From Alphaproteobacteria bacterium (GTDB taxonomy: Bacteria > Pseudomonadota > Alphaproteobacteria > Micropepsales > Micropepsaceae): DNA of 64,000 nucleotides. This document shows positions 10,185 to 20,038 of the stretch, one piece after another (position 1 is the first letter of the stretch; every line of letters begins with the position of its first letter). The notes below the pieces were generated by a model. The model worked only from the letters and a program-made list of their open reading frames with translations. It did no database searches and was not told where the DNA came from. The stretch spans positions 31,932 to 95,931 of the forward strand of contig JAGWJY010000006.1 of the NCBI GenBank assembly GCA_028865545.1. Reading direction: 5' to 3'. The translations under genes were made by a program, and so were the position numbers.

Positions 10185-11286
10185 TCGTTCAGAGGCCATG
10201 CAAACTTTCCTGAAACGCGCCGGCTGGGGGAATGCAGAGCATGTTCCCATGCCTGGCGATGCATCCACGCGGCGCTACGTCCGCCTGTTACTGAACGATC
10301 GTCCAGCGATGTTGATGGACCAGCCGCAGTCGGCAGAAGCACCAGTGGCGTCTGCCGGGGCCTCCGCCAGCGAACGGCGTACCCTCGGCTACAATGCAGT
10401 CGCTAGGCTGGCTGGTGCGGACTGTGCCCGTTTCATCGCCGTAGCACATTATCTGCGCGACAGGGGGTTGAGCGCGCCAGAGATCTATGCGGCCGATCCT
10501 GAGAATGGCTTTGTGCTGATCGAGGACCTTGGGGACAGACTTTTTGCGGACGTGCTGACAAACGGCGCGATTGAACATGACCTTTACTTGGCGGCCGTAG
10601 AGGTGCTGGCCCGGTTGCATGCGCGGCCAGCACCGGCTCTCCTGCCGCCCGACAAATACCTTCACAGCTATGACGAGATGGCGCTGTTGGCAGAGGTCGA
10701 TCTTCTGACAGAGTGGTTCTTCCCCGTCGCGCTTGGACGTGAGGCCGATGCCGCTGAGATCGCAGAACATCGAAATCTCTGGCGCGCGGCGCTGGCACCA
10801 TTCCTAAACACGCCTCCGGTGTTCGTGCATCGCGACTATCATGCGCAGAACCTTTTGTGGCTACCGAACCGCAACAGCGTAGCGCGCGTGGGCCTGATCG
10901 ATTTCCAAGATGCCGTGGCAGGCTCGAGAGCCTATGACCTCGTTTCTCTTGTCGAAGACGCACGCCGCGATGTCGCTCCGGCGCTCGGTGCTGCGGCGAC
11001 CGCGCATTATCTCGCCACTATGCGCCAGCACGGGACATCGCTTGACGGTGTCGCCTTTGCAGAGGAAATGGCGGTGTTTGCTGCCCAGCGCAACGCCAAG
11101 ATCGTCGGTATCTTTGCACGGCTGTTCCGCCGCGATGGGAAGCCGCGCTATCTATCCTATCTGCCTAGGGTGTGGTCCTATCTGCGCAGGGATCTTGAAC
11201 ATCCCGGCCTGTCGGCGCTCAAATCATGGTATGACCGCGCCATTCTACAGGACGCACGCAGCATCCCGGAAAGCGGAGGAGCATGA
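10174..11286 (+). CDS. amgK: N-acetylmuramate/GlcNAc anomeric kinase (APH-family phosphotransferase)
   Basis: GDASTRRYVRL, HRDYHAQNL, IDFQDA, YDLVSL, QRNAKIVGIFARL; tsaE-amgK-murU order. Confidence 0.85.
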   Translation: MPANRSEAMQTFLKRAGWGNAEHVPMPGDASTRRYVRLLLNDRPAMLMDQPQSAEAPVASAGASASERRTLGYNAVARLAGADCARFIAVAHYLRDRGLSAPEIYAADPENGFVLIEDLGDRLFADVLTNGAIEHDLYLAAVEVLARLHARPAPALLPPDKYLHSYDEMALLAEVDLLTEWFFPVALGREADAAEIAEHRNLWRAALAPFLNTPPVFVHRDYHAQNLLWLPNRNSVARVGLIDFQDAVAGSRAYDLVSLVEDARRDVAPALGAAATAHYLATMRQHGTSLDGVAFAEEMAVFAAQRNAKIVGIFARLFRRDGKPRYLSYLPRVWSYLRRDLEHPGLSALKSWYDRAILQDARSIPESGGA

Positions 11287-11287
11287 A

Positions 11288-12013
11288 ATGAAGGCACCCA
11301 CGCGCGCAATGATCATGGCTGCGGGGCTGGGTACGCGCATGCGCCCCCTGACAAATGATCGCCCAAAACCGTTGGTCGTTGTCGGCGGAAAGGCGTTGAT
11401 TGATCACGCCATTGACCGTTTGGTCGCCGCCGGCGTGACGATCATCGTCGTCAACGTCCACTACAAGGCCGAGATGGTCAGAGACCATCTGGCCGGACGG
11501 CGAGATGTGGAGATCCACTTCTCCGATGAATCCGACGGACTGCTCGGTACGGGCGGTGGCGTTGCCAAGGCTTTGGCAAATTTCGGCAGTGAGCCATTCT
11601 TCATCCACAACTCTGATACGATCTGGGTGGAGGGATACGGCACAGCGCTTGAGCGGATGAAATCGCGCTGGAACCCTGATCAGATGGACGCGCTGCTGCT
11701 CATGGCGCCGATGGTCACGGCGATGGGTTATGAGGGAACCGGCGATTTCATGATGGACGGCGAAGGGCATTTGTCTCGCGTGCCTCCAGGTCGAGTCTCA
11801 CCGTTCGCCTATCCAGGTGTGCAAATCGTGCACCCCCGCTTGTTCGATGCCGCGCCGGCAGGGGGCTTTTCGACCAACGTGCTTTGGGATCGTGCCATCG
11901 AGAAGGAGCGTCTGTTCGGGGTGCGATTGGATGGTGTCTGGATCCACGTTGGTACGCCCCAAGCCGTTACTGAAGCCGATGCATTCCTGGCAGACCTTGC
12001 CCCGGCCGCCTGA
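11288..12013 (+). CDS. murU: MurNAc-1-phosphate uridylyltransferase (nucleotidyltransferase)
   Basis: MAAGLGTRMRPLT, PKPL, LLGTGGG, WIHVGTP. Confidence 0.85.
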   Translation: MKAPTRAMIMAAGLGTRMRPLTNDRPKPLVVVGGKALIDHAIDRLVAAGVTIIVVNVHYKAEMVRDHLAGRRDVEIHFSDESDGLLGTGGGVAKALANFGSEPFFIHNSDTIWVEGYGTALERMKSRWNPDQMDALLLMAPMVTAMGYEGTGDFMMDGEGHLSRVPPGRVSPFAYPGVQIVHPRLFDAAPAGGFSTNVLWDRAIEKERLFGVRLDGVWIHVGTPQAVTEADAFLADLAPAA

Positions 12014-14939
12014 CAACGCGCAGAGCGCGAATGTCTTCACGATCCCTGCGGGCGCGCCCTTCTCCGCTACGCTGACCAAAGGGCTGCTGCAGCGCTTCAG
12101 CGGCAACGGGCTGGCGTTGGCCGATATCACGATCTATCTGCCGACGCGACGCGCGGCGCGCTCGATCGCCGAAATCTTTGCCGTAGAAGCGGGGGGGGCG
12201 ACGCTTCTGCCGGACTTCCGTCCGCTCGGTGATGTGGATGAAGACGAACTTCTGCTCGACGCGTCCGCCGACGACCCGGAGCTAAGGACCGCCATCACAC
12301 CGCTACGGCGGCGCTTGCTGTTGGCAACCTTGATCAGACGCTGGCGTTCTTCGCGCGGCAGCGGACCGCTCTCCTTTGGTCAGGCCGCGGGCTTGGCCAA
12401 AAGCCTCGCGGCGGTCATGGACGAAGTAGAGACGCAAGGCGCCAATTTAGAGAAATTGGCTGAGCTCGCGCCGCTGTCGTTGGCGGAGCATTGGACCGAA
12501 GTGAAGGAATTTTTGTCGCTAATCCATATGCAGTGGCCGGCGCTCCTGGAGGCAGAAGGTTGCGTCAATCCTGCGGCACATCGCAATGAGGCACTGAGAG
12601 AATTGGCGATGCGCTTGGCGGACAACTCGCCAGCCCGTCCGATCATCGCCGCCGGTTCTACCGGCAGCATTCCTGCAACGGCCGACCTGCTTGCCGTCAT
12701 CGCGCGTCTGCCGAAGGGCGCCGTTGTGCTACCGGGTTTGGATCGGGAGCTTGACGAGGACAGCTGGAATAGAATCGATCCAGGGCACCCTCAGTTTGCA
12801 CTGAAGCAGTTGCTGCAACGGATCGGCGTGGCGCGTAAAGACGTTGCCGACTGGACGGATGCGACCGGACTGGCGGCGCGTGAAAAAATCCTGCGTGAAG
12901 TCCTGCGACCTGCACCGACGACGGACGCTTGGCGTGCTCTGGCGGAAACCGGCGGCGACAAGCTTGCAGCTGGTCTTGACGGGCTGACCCTTGTCAAAGC
13001 GACCGATCCTGCAGAGGAAGCGTCCGTTGTGGCGCTGTTGCTGCGCGAAGTGCTGGAGACGCCGACGCACACGGCAGCCCTGGTGACGCGCGACAGGGCG
13101 CTGGCGCGACGCGTTACGGCAGAGTTGCGGCGCTGGGACATTGCCATCGACGATTCCGCGGGGCGGCCACTGTCGCAGACGGCCGCCGGCTCCCTTCTTT
13201 GCCTGATCTCCGAAGCGGTCGACAGCGGCTTCGCGCCTGTGCCGCTACTGGCGTTACTCAAACATCCACTTGCGACGATGGGTGAAGACACCAGCCACTT
13301 CCGCAGTCGGGCGCGCGAACTTGACAGATTTCTCCGTGGCCCGCGGACGGACTCCGGACTGGCGGGTATTGCGGCGGCGATTATGGGCGCCGACCAGAGA
13401 CTGCGAGCATGGTTCTCGCACGTGACCGACGTTCTGGCGCCGCTTGAAGCGATCCTGTCTCAGCCGGAAGTCACGATCAGCGACGTACTGGCGGCGCACA
13501 TCACAGCTGCCGAATGTCTGGCGGATGCCCTCTGGCAGGGCGCGGCCGGTGACGTCGCCGGTAGGTTTGTCGCAGCACTTTCGGTTGCATGCGCTGACCT
13601 ACCCCCCATCGAAGCGAATTCGTATGCGCCGCTGTTCCGCGCGTTAGCCGAGGAAAGTGCGGTGCGGCCCGCGTTCGGCCGTCACCCGCGACTGGCAATC
13701 CTCGGTCCGCTGGAAGCCCGGCTGCAGCATTTCGATCTCGTCGTGCTGGGTGGCCTGAATGAAGGCTCCTGGCCAGCTTCCGCGTCAAACGATCCGTGGT
13801 TCTCTCGGCCGATGCGCCAGACCATGGGACTGGAGCAGCCCGAACGTGCCATCGGCCTGTCGGCGCATGATTTTGCGGCACTGGCGGCGGGGCCGCGGGT
13901 GGTGCTGACCCGCGCACTCAAGGCGGACGGCGCGCCAACGGTTGCGTCGCGCTGGATACAGCGTCTCGAACAGCTCACCAAAGGCCTAAACATCGACGGC
14001 GCCCTAGCACCGCGGACGGATTATGCGCGCCTCGCCGCCCGTCTCGCCGATCCCGGGAAACCCGAACAGATTGCACCGCCCGCGCCGCGCCCACCTGTCG
14101 AAGCGCGGCCTCGCAAACTCTCCGTTACGGAGATCGAAGCCTGGGTGCGCGATCCCTACGCGATCTATGCCAAACGCGTGCTGAAACTTAGGCCACTTGA
14201 TCCGCTGGATGCCGAGACGGGACCAATGGATCGCGGCACGGCGTTGCATCGTATGCTCGAGCTTTTTGTCCGCCGCTATCCGGCGGACTTGCCGGCCGAT
14301 GCGGCGGTTCGGCTGGCTGAGATCGTCGACGAGGTATTCCGCGCATTGGCGATCCCGAAAGCCACGCTGGCGCTATGGCGGCCGCGTTTCCTCAATGCGG
14401 CAAGCTGGTTCGTTGGCGAAGAGCGCAGGCGGCGTGCCGGCATTGCCGAAATATTCGTCGAGGTTAAAGGCGAACATGTCCTGAAAAGACCTGCGGGCGA
14501 TTTCACACTTCATGGGCGTGCTGACCGCATCGACCGGCTGAAGGCAGGTGGTGGCGCGGTCCTCGACTACAAGACCGGCGCGCCGCCGTCGGATAGCCAG
14601 GTGCTCAAGCATCTGGCACCGCAGCTGCCGCTGGAAGGTGCGATTCTGGCGGCGGGCGGGTTCAAAGACATCGGACCACTCGCACCGGCGGAACTGGTTT
14701 ATGTCCGCGTCACCGGTTCGGCCGATCCCGGCCTCTTCCGGACGATCAAGGCGGATGCCATGACGATCGCCGATGAAGCGTTGGAACGTTTGGCGCGACG
14801 TATCGCGCTGTTCGACGATCCGGCAACGCCTTACGACTCCCGTGTGGCGCCGTATCGCGCCGATATGGCCGGGGATTACGATCATCTGGCGCGCGTCCGT
14901 GAATGGTCGGTGAGCGGCTGGCGCGGAGAACGCGAATGA
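11997..14939 (+). CDS. addB: Double-strand break repair protein AddB
   Basis: NVFTIPAGAPF, YLPTRRA, AGSTGSIPATA, LSVTEIE..RDPYAIYA, GRADRIDR, LDYKTG nuclease motif; ATGA overlap with addA. Start (TTG 11997) approximate. Confidence 0.93.
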   Translation: MPRPPDNAQSANVFTIPAGAPFSATLTKGLLQRFSGNGLALADITIYLPTRRAARSIAEIFAVEAGGATLLPDFRPLGDVDEDELLLDASADDPELRTAITPLRRRLLLATLIRRWRSSRGSGPLSFGQAAGLAKSLAAVMDEVETQGANLEKLAELAPLSLAEHWTEVKEFLSLIHMQWPALLEAEGCVNPAAHRNEALRELAMRLADNSPARPIIAAGSTGSIPATADLLAVIARLPKGAVVLPGLDRELDEDSWNRIDPGHPQFALKQLLQRIGVARKDVADWTDATGLAAREKILREVLRPAPTTDAWRALAETGGDKLAAGLDGLTLVKATDPAEEASVVALLLREVLETPTHTAALVTRDRALARRVTAELRRWDIAIDDSAGRPLSQTAAGSLLCLISEAVDSGFAPVPLLALLKHPLATMGEDTSHFRSRARELDRFLRGPRTDSGLAGIAAAIMGADQRLRAWFSHVTDVLAPLEAILSQPEVTISDVLAAHITAAECLADALWQGAAGDVAGRFVAALSVACADLPPIEANSYAPLFRALAEESAVRPAFGRHPRLAILGPLEARLQHFDLVVLGGLNEGSWPASASNDPWFSRPMRQTMGLEQPERAIGLSAHDFAALAAGPRVVLTRALKADGAPTVASRWIQRLEQLTKGLNIDGALAPRTDYARLAARLADPGKPEQIAPPAPRPPVEARPRKLSVTEIEAWVRDPYAIYAKRVLKLRPLDPLDAETGPMDRGTALHRMLELFVRRYPADLPADAAVRLAEIVDEVFRALAIPKATLALWRPRFLNAASWFVGEERRRRAGIAEIFVEVKGEHVLKRPAGDFTLHGRADRIDRLKAGGGAVLDYKTGAPPSDSQVLKHLAPQLPLEGAILAAGGFKDIGPLAPAELVYVRVTGSADPGLFRTIKADAMTIADEALERLARRIALFDDPATPYDSRVAPYRADMAGDYDHLARVREWSVSGWRGERE

Positions 14940-17900
14940 GCACCCTCGCCGCTTCCGATCCAGACCGCTCCGCCTGGGTCGCCGCCAATGCCGGTGCGGG
15001 AAAGACGCACACGCTGGCCAACCGCGTGACACGGCTGCTGCTGGCGGGCGCGCGGCCGGAGCGCATCCTCTGCCTCACCTATACCAAGGCGGCGGCGGCG
15101 GAGATGGCTGGACGGCTGTTCGACCAACTCGGCAAATGGTCGATGCTGCCGGACGATGAGCTGACCGCAAGGATCGCGGAGGTCGGTGCGGATGTCGCGG
15201 GCAAAGAAGATTTGCGCAAGGCGCGGCGGTTGTTCGCCGACGCGCTGGAGACGCCAGGCGGCCTAAAAATCCAGACCATCCATTCTTTCTGCCAATATGT
15301 GCTGATGCGCTTCCCGCTCGAGGCCGGCGTGCCGGCGTCGTTCCGCGTGCTCGATGACCGCACCGCGCGTGACCTAATGGCCGAAGCCAGAGCGAGGGTC
15401 CTGGAACGCGCCGGTACCGGTGACATGCCGCGCGCGGCGGCGGTCGCCTATCTGGTAACGCATCTCAGCGATTTCAAACTCGAACAGATCCTCGATGCAG
15501 CGCTGGGCGCGGATCGCAATAGGCTTGATGCCTTTCTCACCAATGACGGCTGGTCGCAACTGCTTCGAGAGGCACATGGCGCCGAACCGAGCGACACCGA
15601 GGCGAAGATTGCCGACGAATTCGCACAAAGCCTGGACGGCGACGCTGCGACGCTGCGCGACACGATCACCTGGTTGTCGGCGGGCGGCAAAACCGACGCG
15701 GAACGGGCGGCGGCACTGACGGCGGCGATGGAGTCCGAGGACGCCCTCGCGCGGTTCGGCACAATATACGGCGTGCTGTTGACCAAGGATGGATCACCAC
15801 GCGCCACTCTGGCGACCAAGAAGCTGGCGGAAGCGCGACCGGATCTGCTCGCCTATCTGCAGAGTCTGGGCGAACGGCTGATCGCCTTTGAGAACCGGCG
15901 GCGCGCGGTGCACGCGGCGACACTGGCCGAGGCGGCGCTGATCATCGTCGATGCGGTACGCCAAGAGTACGCCAAGGAAAAGCGAGTCCGCAGCGCGCTG
16001 GACTATGACGATCTGATCGCAGAGACGCATCGCCTCCTCCAGAAGAGCGGTGCGGCCTGGGTGCTGTTCAAGCTCGACGAAGGCCTCGACCATATCCTGA
16101 TCGACGAGGCGCAGGACACCAGCGCCCTGCAATGGGACATCATCCGCAAGCTGACGGAGGAATTCTTCGCCGGCGAAGGCATCGCCCGCGAGACACCCCG
16201 CACATTGTTCGCGGTGGGTGACGAGAAGCAGTCGATCTTCAGCTTCCAGGGCGCCGATCCGACGCAGTTCGACGTGCGGCGGCGCTTCTTCGAGAAGCAG
16301 GCCAAGGACGCCGGGCGCGCGTTTTCGTACGAATACCTGCAGACCTCGCGGCGTTCGGCGCCGGAAATCCTGCGCTTCGTCGATGCCGTGTTCGCCGATC
16401 CGGAGGCGCGCGCCGGACTGACATCGGGCGACCAGGAGATCGAACACAAGGCTCTGCGCACGGACCTGAAAGGCCGCGTCGAGTTCTGGCCGGCGCTGCA
16501 GCCGTCGGACATGCCGGACGCCGATCCGTGGGATCTGCGGCCCGTCGATCTGGAGCGCGACGACAGCCCATTGGTGAAGCTGGCGGATCAGATCGCCGAC
16601 AAGATCAAGGACTGGCTGACGCGGCACGTCTGCCTGCCCAGCCATGACGAGCCGATCAAACCCGGCGACATCATGATCCTGCTGCCGCGGCGCGCGCCTT
16701 TCGGCGGCGAGATCATCCGGCGCCTTAAGGAGCGCGGCGTGCCGGTGGCGGGCGCCGACCGCATCAAGCTGACCGAACAGATCGCGGTGATGGACCTGAT
16801 CGCGCTGGGCCGCTTCGCGCTGCTGCCGGAAGACGATCTGAACCTCGCTGCGCTGCTGCGCTCCCCACTGATCGGACTGAGCGAGGACGATCTGTTCACC
16901 CTCGCCCATTTCCGCGAGGGCACGCTGTGGAGCGCACTGTCGCAACGGCGCGAGGAGTTCGCCGAGGCATACGATTTCCTCACGGAGGCGCGGGCACGGG
17001 CCGACTTCACGCCGCCATTCGAGTTCTTCGCCCAGACGTTGATCACCGGCCGCAAGAAGATGCTGAAGCGGCTGGGCGCGGAAACCAACGACTCCATCGA
17101 CGAGTTCCTGTCACTGGCGCTGGCGTATGAGAACGGCAATACCGCCTCGCTCGAAGGCTTCCTGCATTGGGTCGAGCGCGGCGGCGCCGAAGTCAAACGC
17201 GACATGGAGCGCGGCCGCAACGAAGTCCGCGTCATGACGGTGCACGGCGCCAAGGGGCTGGAGGCCGACATCGTCATCCTGCCCGACACCACTTCGCTGC
17301 CCGACAATTCGACCAGCAAGGGACACCTTCTGTACACGGACGAAAGCATCTTGTTTCCGCTGCCCGACGCCGCCGCGCCGCCGAAGGTTCTTGCCGCGAA
17401 GCAGGCGGCGTTGGCCGAGACGCTGAAAGAGCATCGGCGACTGCTCTATGTCGCCCTCACCCGCGCCAAGGAGCGGCTGTATATCTGCGGCTTCGAAAAC
17501 AAGAAGGGCACGAAGCCGGGATCCTGGCACACGCTGGCGCAGCGCGCGGCGGAAATCCTCGGCACGGAAATCCCGCAGGGCGATTCCGCCATTCGCGTCT
17601 TCGGCAGCGACGACATTACCGAAGCGGAACCGGCGGCGTCCGCCACGACCGAGGCATTCGCCATTCCCGCTTGGGCACTGACGAACCCCAAACCGGAGCG
17701 GCCGACGCCTTGGCTGATCCGCCCGTCGGAAGCGGCGGGCCTCGACGAACCGGCGCCTCTTTCGCCGCTGCGCGAGAGCGGCGCGCGCTTCCGTCGCGGT
17801 CTGCTGGTTCACGCCATGCTGGCCTACCTGCCCAACATCGCACCGAGCCTGCGTCGCGAAACCGCACTGACCTTCCTGCGGGCCCGCGGCGTCGGCGATG

Positions 17901-18322
17901 AACAAGCCGTGAGCTTGATGGGCGAAACATTGGCGGTCCTCAATGATCCCGTCTTCGCCGCCGCCTTCACGCCCGACAGCCGCGCCGAAGTCTCGCTCGT
18001 CGCCGATCTGCCGGAGCTTGGCGCGGGCGCCCGCGTCCATGGCCGCGTCGACAGGCTGGCCATCACCGACGACGAAGTCCTGATCATCGATTTCAAGACC
18101 AATCGCCCGCCGCCTGCCCATGAAAACGACGTGCCCCAGATTTACGCAACGCAAATGGCGCTTTATCGCGCCGCAGCAACCAAGATATTCAGCGGCAAAC
18201 GAATCGCATCTGCGTTGGTCTGGACGGAAGGGCCGAGCTTGATGCCCTTAACCGACGCCTTCCTGGAGGCGGAAGCGCGGCGTATCCGCGCGCGCCTTGA
18301 CCAGGGGGGGAACGGTTCCTAG
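14936..18322 (+). CDS. addA: Double-strand break repair helicase/nuclease AddA
   Basis: ANAGAGKT, LTYTKAAAAEM, IDEAQDT, VGDEKQSIFSFQGA, MTVHGAKGLEA, LYVALTRA, GRVDRL..IDFKT. Confidence 0.96.
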   Translation: MSTLAASDPDRSAWVAANAGAGKTHTLANRVTRLLLAGARPERILCLTYTKAAAAEMAGRLFDQLGKWSMLPDDELTARIAEVGADVAGKEDLRKARRLFADALETPGGLKIQTIHSFCQYVLMRFPLEAGVPASFRVLDDRTARDLMAEARARVLERAGTGDMPRAAAVAYLVTHLSDFKLEQILDAALGADRNRLDAFLTNDGWSQLLREAHGAEPSDTEAKIADEFAQSLDGDAATLRDTITWLSAGGKTDAERAAALTAAMESEDALARFGTIYGVLLTKDGSPRATLATKKLAEARPDLLAYLQSLGERLIAFENRRRAVHAATLAEAALIIVDAVRQEYAKEKRVRSALDYDDLIAETHRLLQKSGAAWVLFKLDEGLDHILIDEAQDTSALQWDIIRKLTEEFFAGEGIARETPRTLFAVGDEKQSIFSFQGADPTQFDVRRRFFEKQAKDAGRAFSYEYLQTSRRSAPEILRFVDAVFADPEARAGLTSGDQEIEHKALRTDLKGRVEFWPALQPSDMPDADPWDLRPVDLERDDSPLVKLADQIADKIKDWLTRHVCLPSHDEPIKPGDIMILLPRRAPFGGEIIRRLKERGVPVAGADRIKLTEQIAVMDLIALGRFALLPEDDLNLAALLRSPLIGLSEDDLFTLAHFREGTLWSALSQRREEFAEAYDFLTEARARADFTPPFEFFAQTLITGRKKMLKRLGAETNDSIDEFLSLALAYENGNTASLEGFLHWVERGGAEVKRDMERGRNEVRVMTVHGAKGLEADIVILPDTTSLPDNSTSKGHLLYTDESILFPLPDAAAPPKVLAAKQAALAETLKEHRRLLYVALTRAKERLYICGFENKKGTKPGSWHTLAQRAAEILGTEIPQGDSAIRVFGSDDITEAEPAASATTEAFAIPAWALTNPKPERPTPWLIRPSEAAGLDEPAPLSPLRESGARFRRGLLVHAMLAYLPNIAPSLRRETALTFLRARGVGDEQAVSLMGETLAVLNDPVFAAAFTPDSRAEVSLVADLPELGAGARVHGRVDRLAITDDEVLIIDFKTNRPPPAHENDVPQIYATQMALYRAAATKIFSGKRIASALVWTEGPSLMPLTDAFLEAEARRIRARLDQGGNGS

Positions 18323-18353
18323 ATATAGTGCTGTCACCCGTGAGGATTTGCGT

Positions 18354-18704
18354 ATGTCTGCGCCCATCAAAGTCTCCGACGCGTCGTTCCAAAATGACGT
18401 ACTGAACGCCAAGGGCCCGGTTTTGGTGGATTTCTGGGCGGAATGGTGCGGCCCGTGCCGTATGATTGCGCCTGCGCTCGAGGAATTGGCGGCGGAATTG
18501 GGCGGCAAGATCACGATCGCCAAGATCAACATCGACGACAACCCGACGATGCCGCAGAAATACGGCGTGCGCGGCATTCCTACGATGATGATCTTCAGCC
18601 AGGGCCAGGTTGCGGCGACCAAGGTCGGCGCGCTGCCGAAGTCGAAGATCAAAGAATGGATCGAGAGCTCGATCTCTACGAATCCACTTTCTGCACGAAT
18701 CTGA
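18354..18704 (+). CDS. trxA: Thioredoxin
   Basis: VDFWAEWCGPCRMIAP, VRGIPT. Confidence 0.96.
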   Translation: MSAPIKVSDASFQNDVLNAKGPVLVDFWAEWCGPCRMIAPALEELAAELGGKITIAKINIDDNPTMPQKYGVRGIPTMMIFSQGQVAATKVGALPKSKIKEWIESSISTNPLSARI

Positions 18705-18708
18705 TTTT

Positions 18709-18820
18709 CTTCCCCCATTTACGAGGGAAGTGCCCGGCGGAGCCGAGTGCTGACGGCTTGCGCAGCGCTGCCACCTCCGGTTCGCGTTGCGGACCGCCTT
18801 CCCGGTGAACGGGGGAGGAA
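18709..18820. repeat. Degenerate REP-like palindromic intergenic element
   Basis: Two GC-rich terminal hairpins CTTCCCCC-ATTTAC-GAGGGAAG and CCTTCCCG-GTGAA-CGGGGGAGG flank a central hairpin region; resembles dispersed alphaproteobacterial repeats. Confidence 0.6.
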
Positions 18821-18822
18821 AA

Positions 18823-19031
18823 GAGCCCCGCATCGCCCGCGCCCGCTTCAGCATTGCCTTCGCCAGCGTCAGCCGCGCCACGGCAGCGTGGAGCGCCGCG
18901 ATGTGCAGACGCACCAACCTCTGCATTGCCCTCATCTCGCGGGTGTGCAGGCCTGTCCTGAGGGCATTGCGGTTGCCGGGCTGGCCGCCGCGCTTACGCC
19001 CCGTGTTCCGCAGCCGCTTCGGCATGGCCAT
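18823..19031 (-). other. Small basic ORF with GGQPGNRNA motif, reading into the REP-like element (possibly disrupted)
   Basis: MAMPKRLRNTGRKRGGQPGNRNALRTGLHTREMRAMQRLVRLHIAALHAAVARL; no stop before the repeat. Confidence 0.45.
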
Positions 19032-19308
19032 TCGTTTTCGAATTTTCAAAATCGGGGTCCCCCCGGTGAACGACCGTCAGCGTATGATGGCGATCGACAT
19101 CGCTTCTCAATCGCTTGAGCGCGGCCGCCGACGTGGCGCCTGCCCGCATGATCCGCGAAGCGGCCAGCAAGGCCTTGATCTGAATATCCGGGTCTGGCGA
19201 ACGCGCCGCATATTTGAAAATACCCATCACGGCGTCGTGGCACTTGCCGAGTTGCTGCGCGAGCTGCGCCGCCTCGACGTCAAACGCTATCTTCTCCGGT
19301 TCCATCAT
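18994..19308 (-). CDS. Hypothetical helical protein (orphan family A)
   Basis: 104-aa ORF with natural composition; perfect TATAAT upstream (19332-19337); aligns by eye with 27389-27991. Confidence 0.6.
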   Translation of the reverse strand: MMEPEKIAFDVEAAQLAQQLGKCHDAVMGIFKYAARSPDPDIQIKALLAASRIMRAGATSAAALKRLRSDVDRHHTLTVVHRGDPDFENSKTNGHAEAAAEHGA

Positions 19309-19438
19309 ACCCGGCCCTTCCCATAGTCCACATTATAGACGTGGGTATTCGCAACCGACGGTTCAAGGGGGAAGATGCGAGATTGTGATGTTTCTCTTGA
19401 GAAGCATTATCGTCGCCGAACGCGAAGAGTGAGCCAAA

Positions 19439-19900
19439 ATGACGACAGCACCGATCATCCGTCCCGTTGTTCGCGCAGACTTCGCGCAATGGTTCCCCCT
19501 GTGGGAGGGCTACAACACGTTCTATGGCCGTTCCGGCGAAACCGCCCTGCCAGAGGAGATCACGCAGACCACCTGGGCGCGCTTCTTCGATGCCGATGAG
19601 CCGGTCCACGCCATGGTCGCGGAGAGCGACGGCAAGTTGGTCGGGCTGGTGCACTACCTCTTCCATCGCAGCACCATTTCCATCGCGCCTTATTGCTATT
19701 TGCAGGATCTCTTCACCGCCGAAGCGACGCGCGGCCAAGGTATCGGGCGCAAGCTGATCAACGCCGTCTACGAACAGGCGAAGCTGGCGGGCGTAGCGCG
19801 CGTCTATTGGCATACCCATCAGACGAACAAGACTGCGATGAAGCTTTACGACCAAGTAGCCGAACATTCCGGCTTCGTGGTGTACCGAAAGATGCTATAG
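19439..19900 (+). CDS. GNAT family N-acetyltransferase
   Basis: CYLQDLFTAEATRGQGIGRKLI acetyl-CoA motif, VYWHTHQTNKTAMKLYD. Confidence 0.9.
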   Translation: MTTAPIIRPVVRADFAQWFPLWEGYNTFYGRSGETALPEEITQTTWARFFDADEPVHAMVAESDGKLVGLVHYLFHRSTISIAPYCYLQDLFTAEATRGQGIGRKLINAVYEQAKLAGVARVYWHTHQTNKTAMKLYDQVAEHSGFVVYRKML

Positions 19901-19978
19901 ACTGCTCGCGCCGCTGACACAGCCGGACGCCGGCGAACGGCCTCGGCGGGGCGGCATGGCTGCCCCGGCAAACCGGTA

Positions 19979-19993
19979 TGGCACTGAAATAGC
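19979..19993 (+). promoter_or_regulatory. Candidate sigma54 (-24/-12) promoter
   Basis: TGGCAC-tgaaa-TAGC with GG-N10-GC spacing, 46 bp before the GIN-domain gene start. Confidence 0.4.
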
Positions 19994-20038
19994 GGGCCAG
20001 TGTTACGCGGTGAATTTCTTATCGGGAGGATGGCCGTC

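Noticed and set aside
18189-19049. 286-aa minus-strand ORF as a single protein
   Set aside because: Most of it is antisense to trxA and addA and runs through a repeat; only the N-terminal ~70 aa look real.
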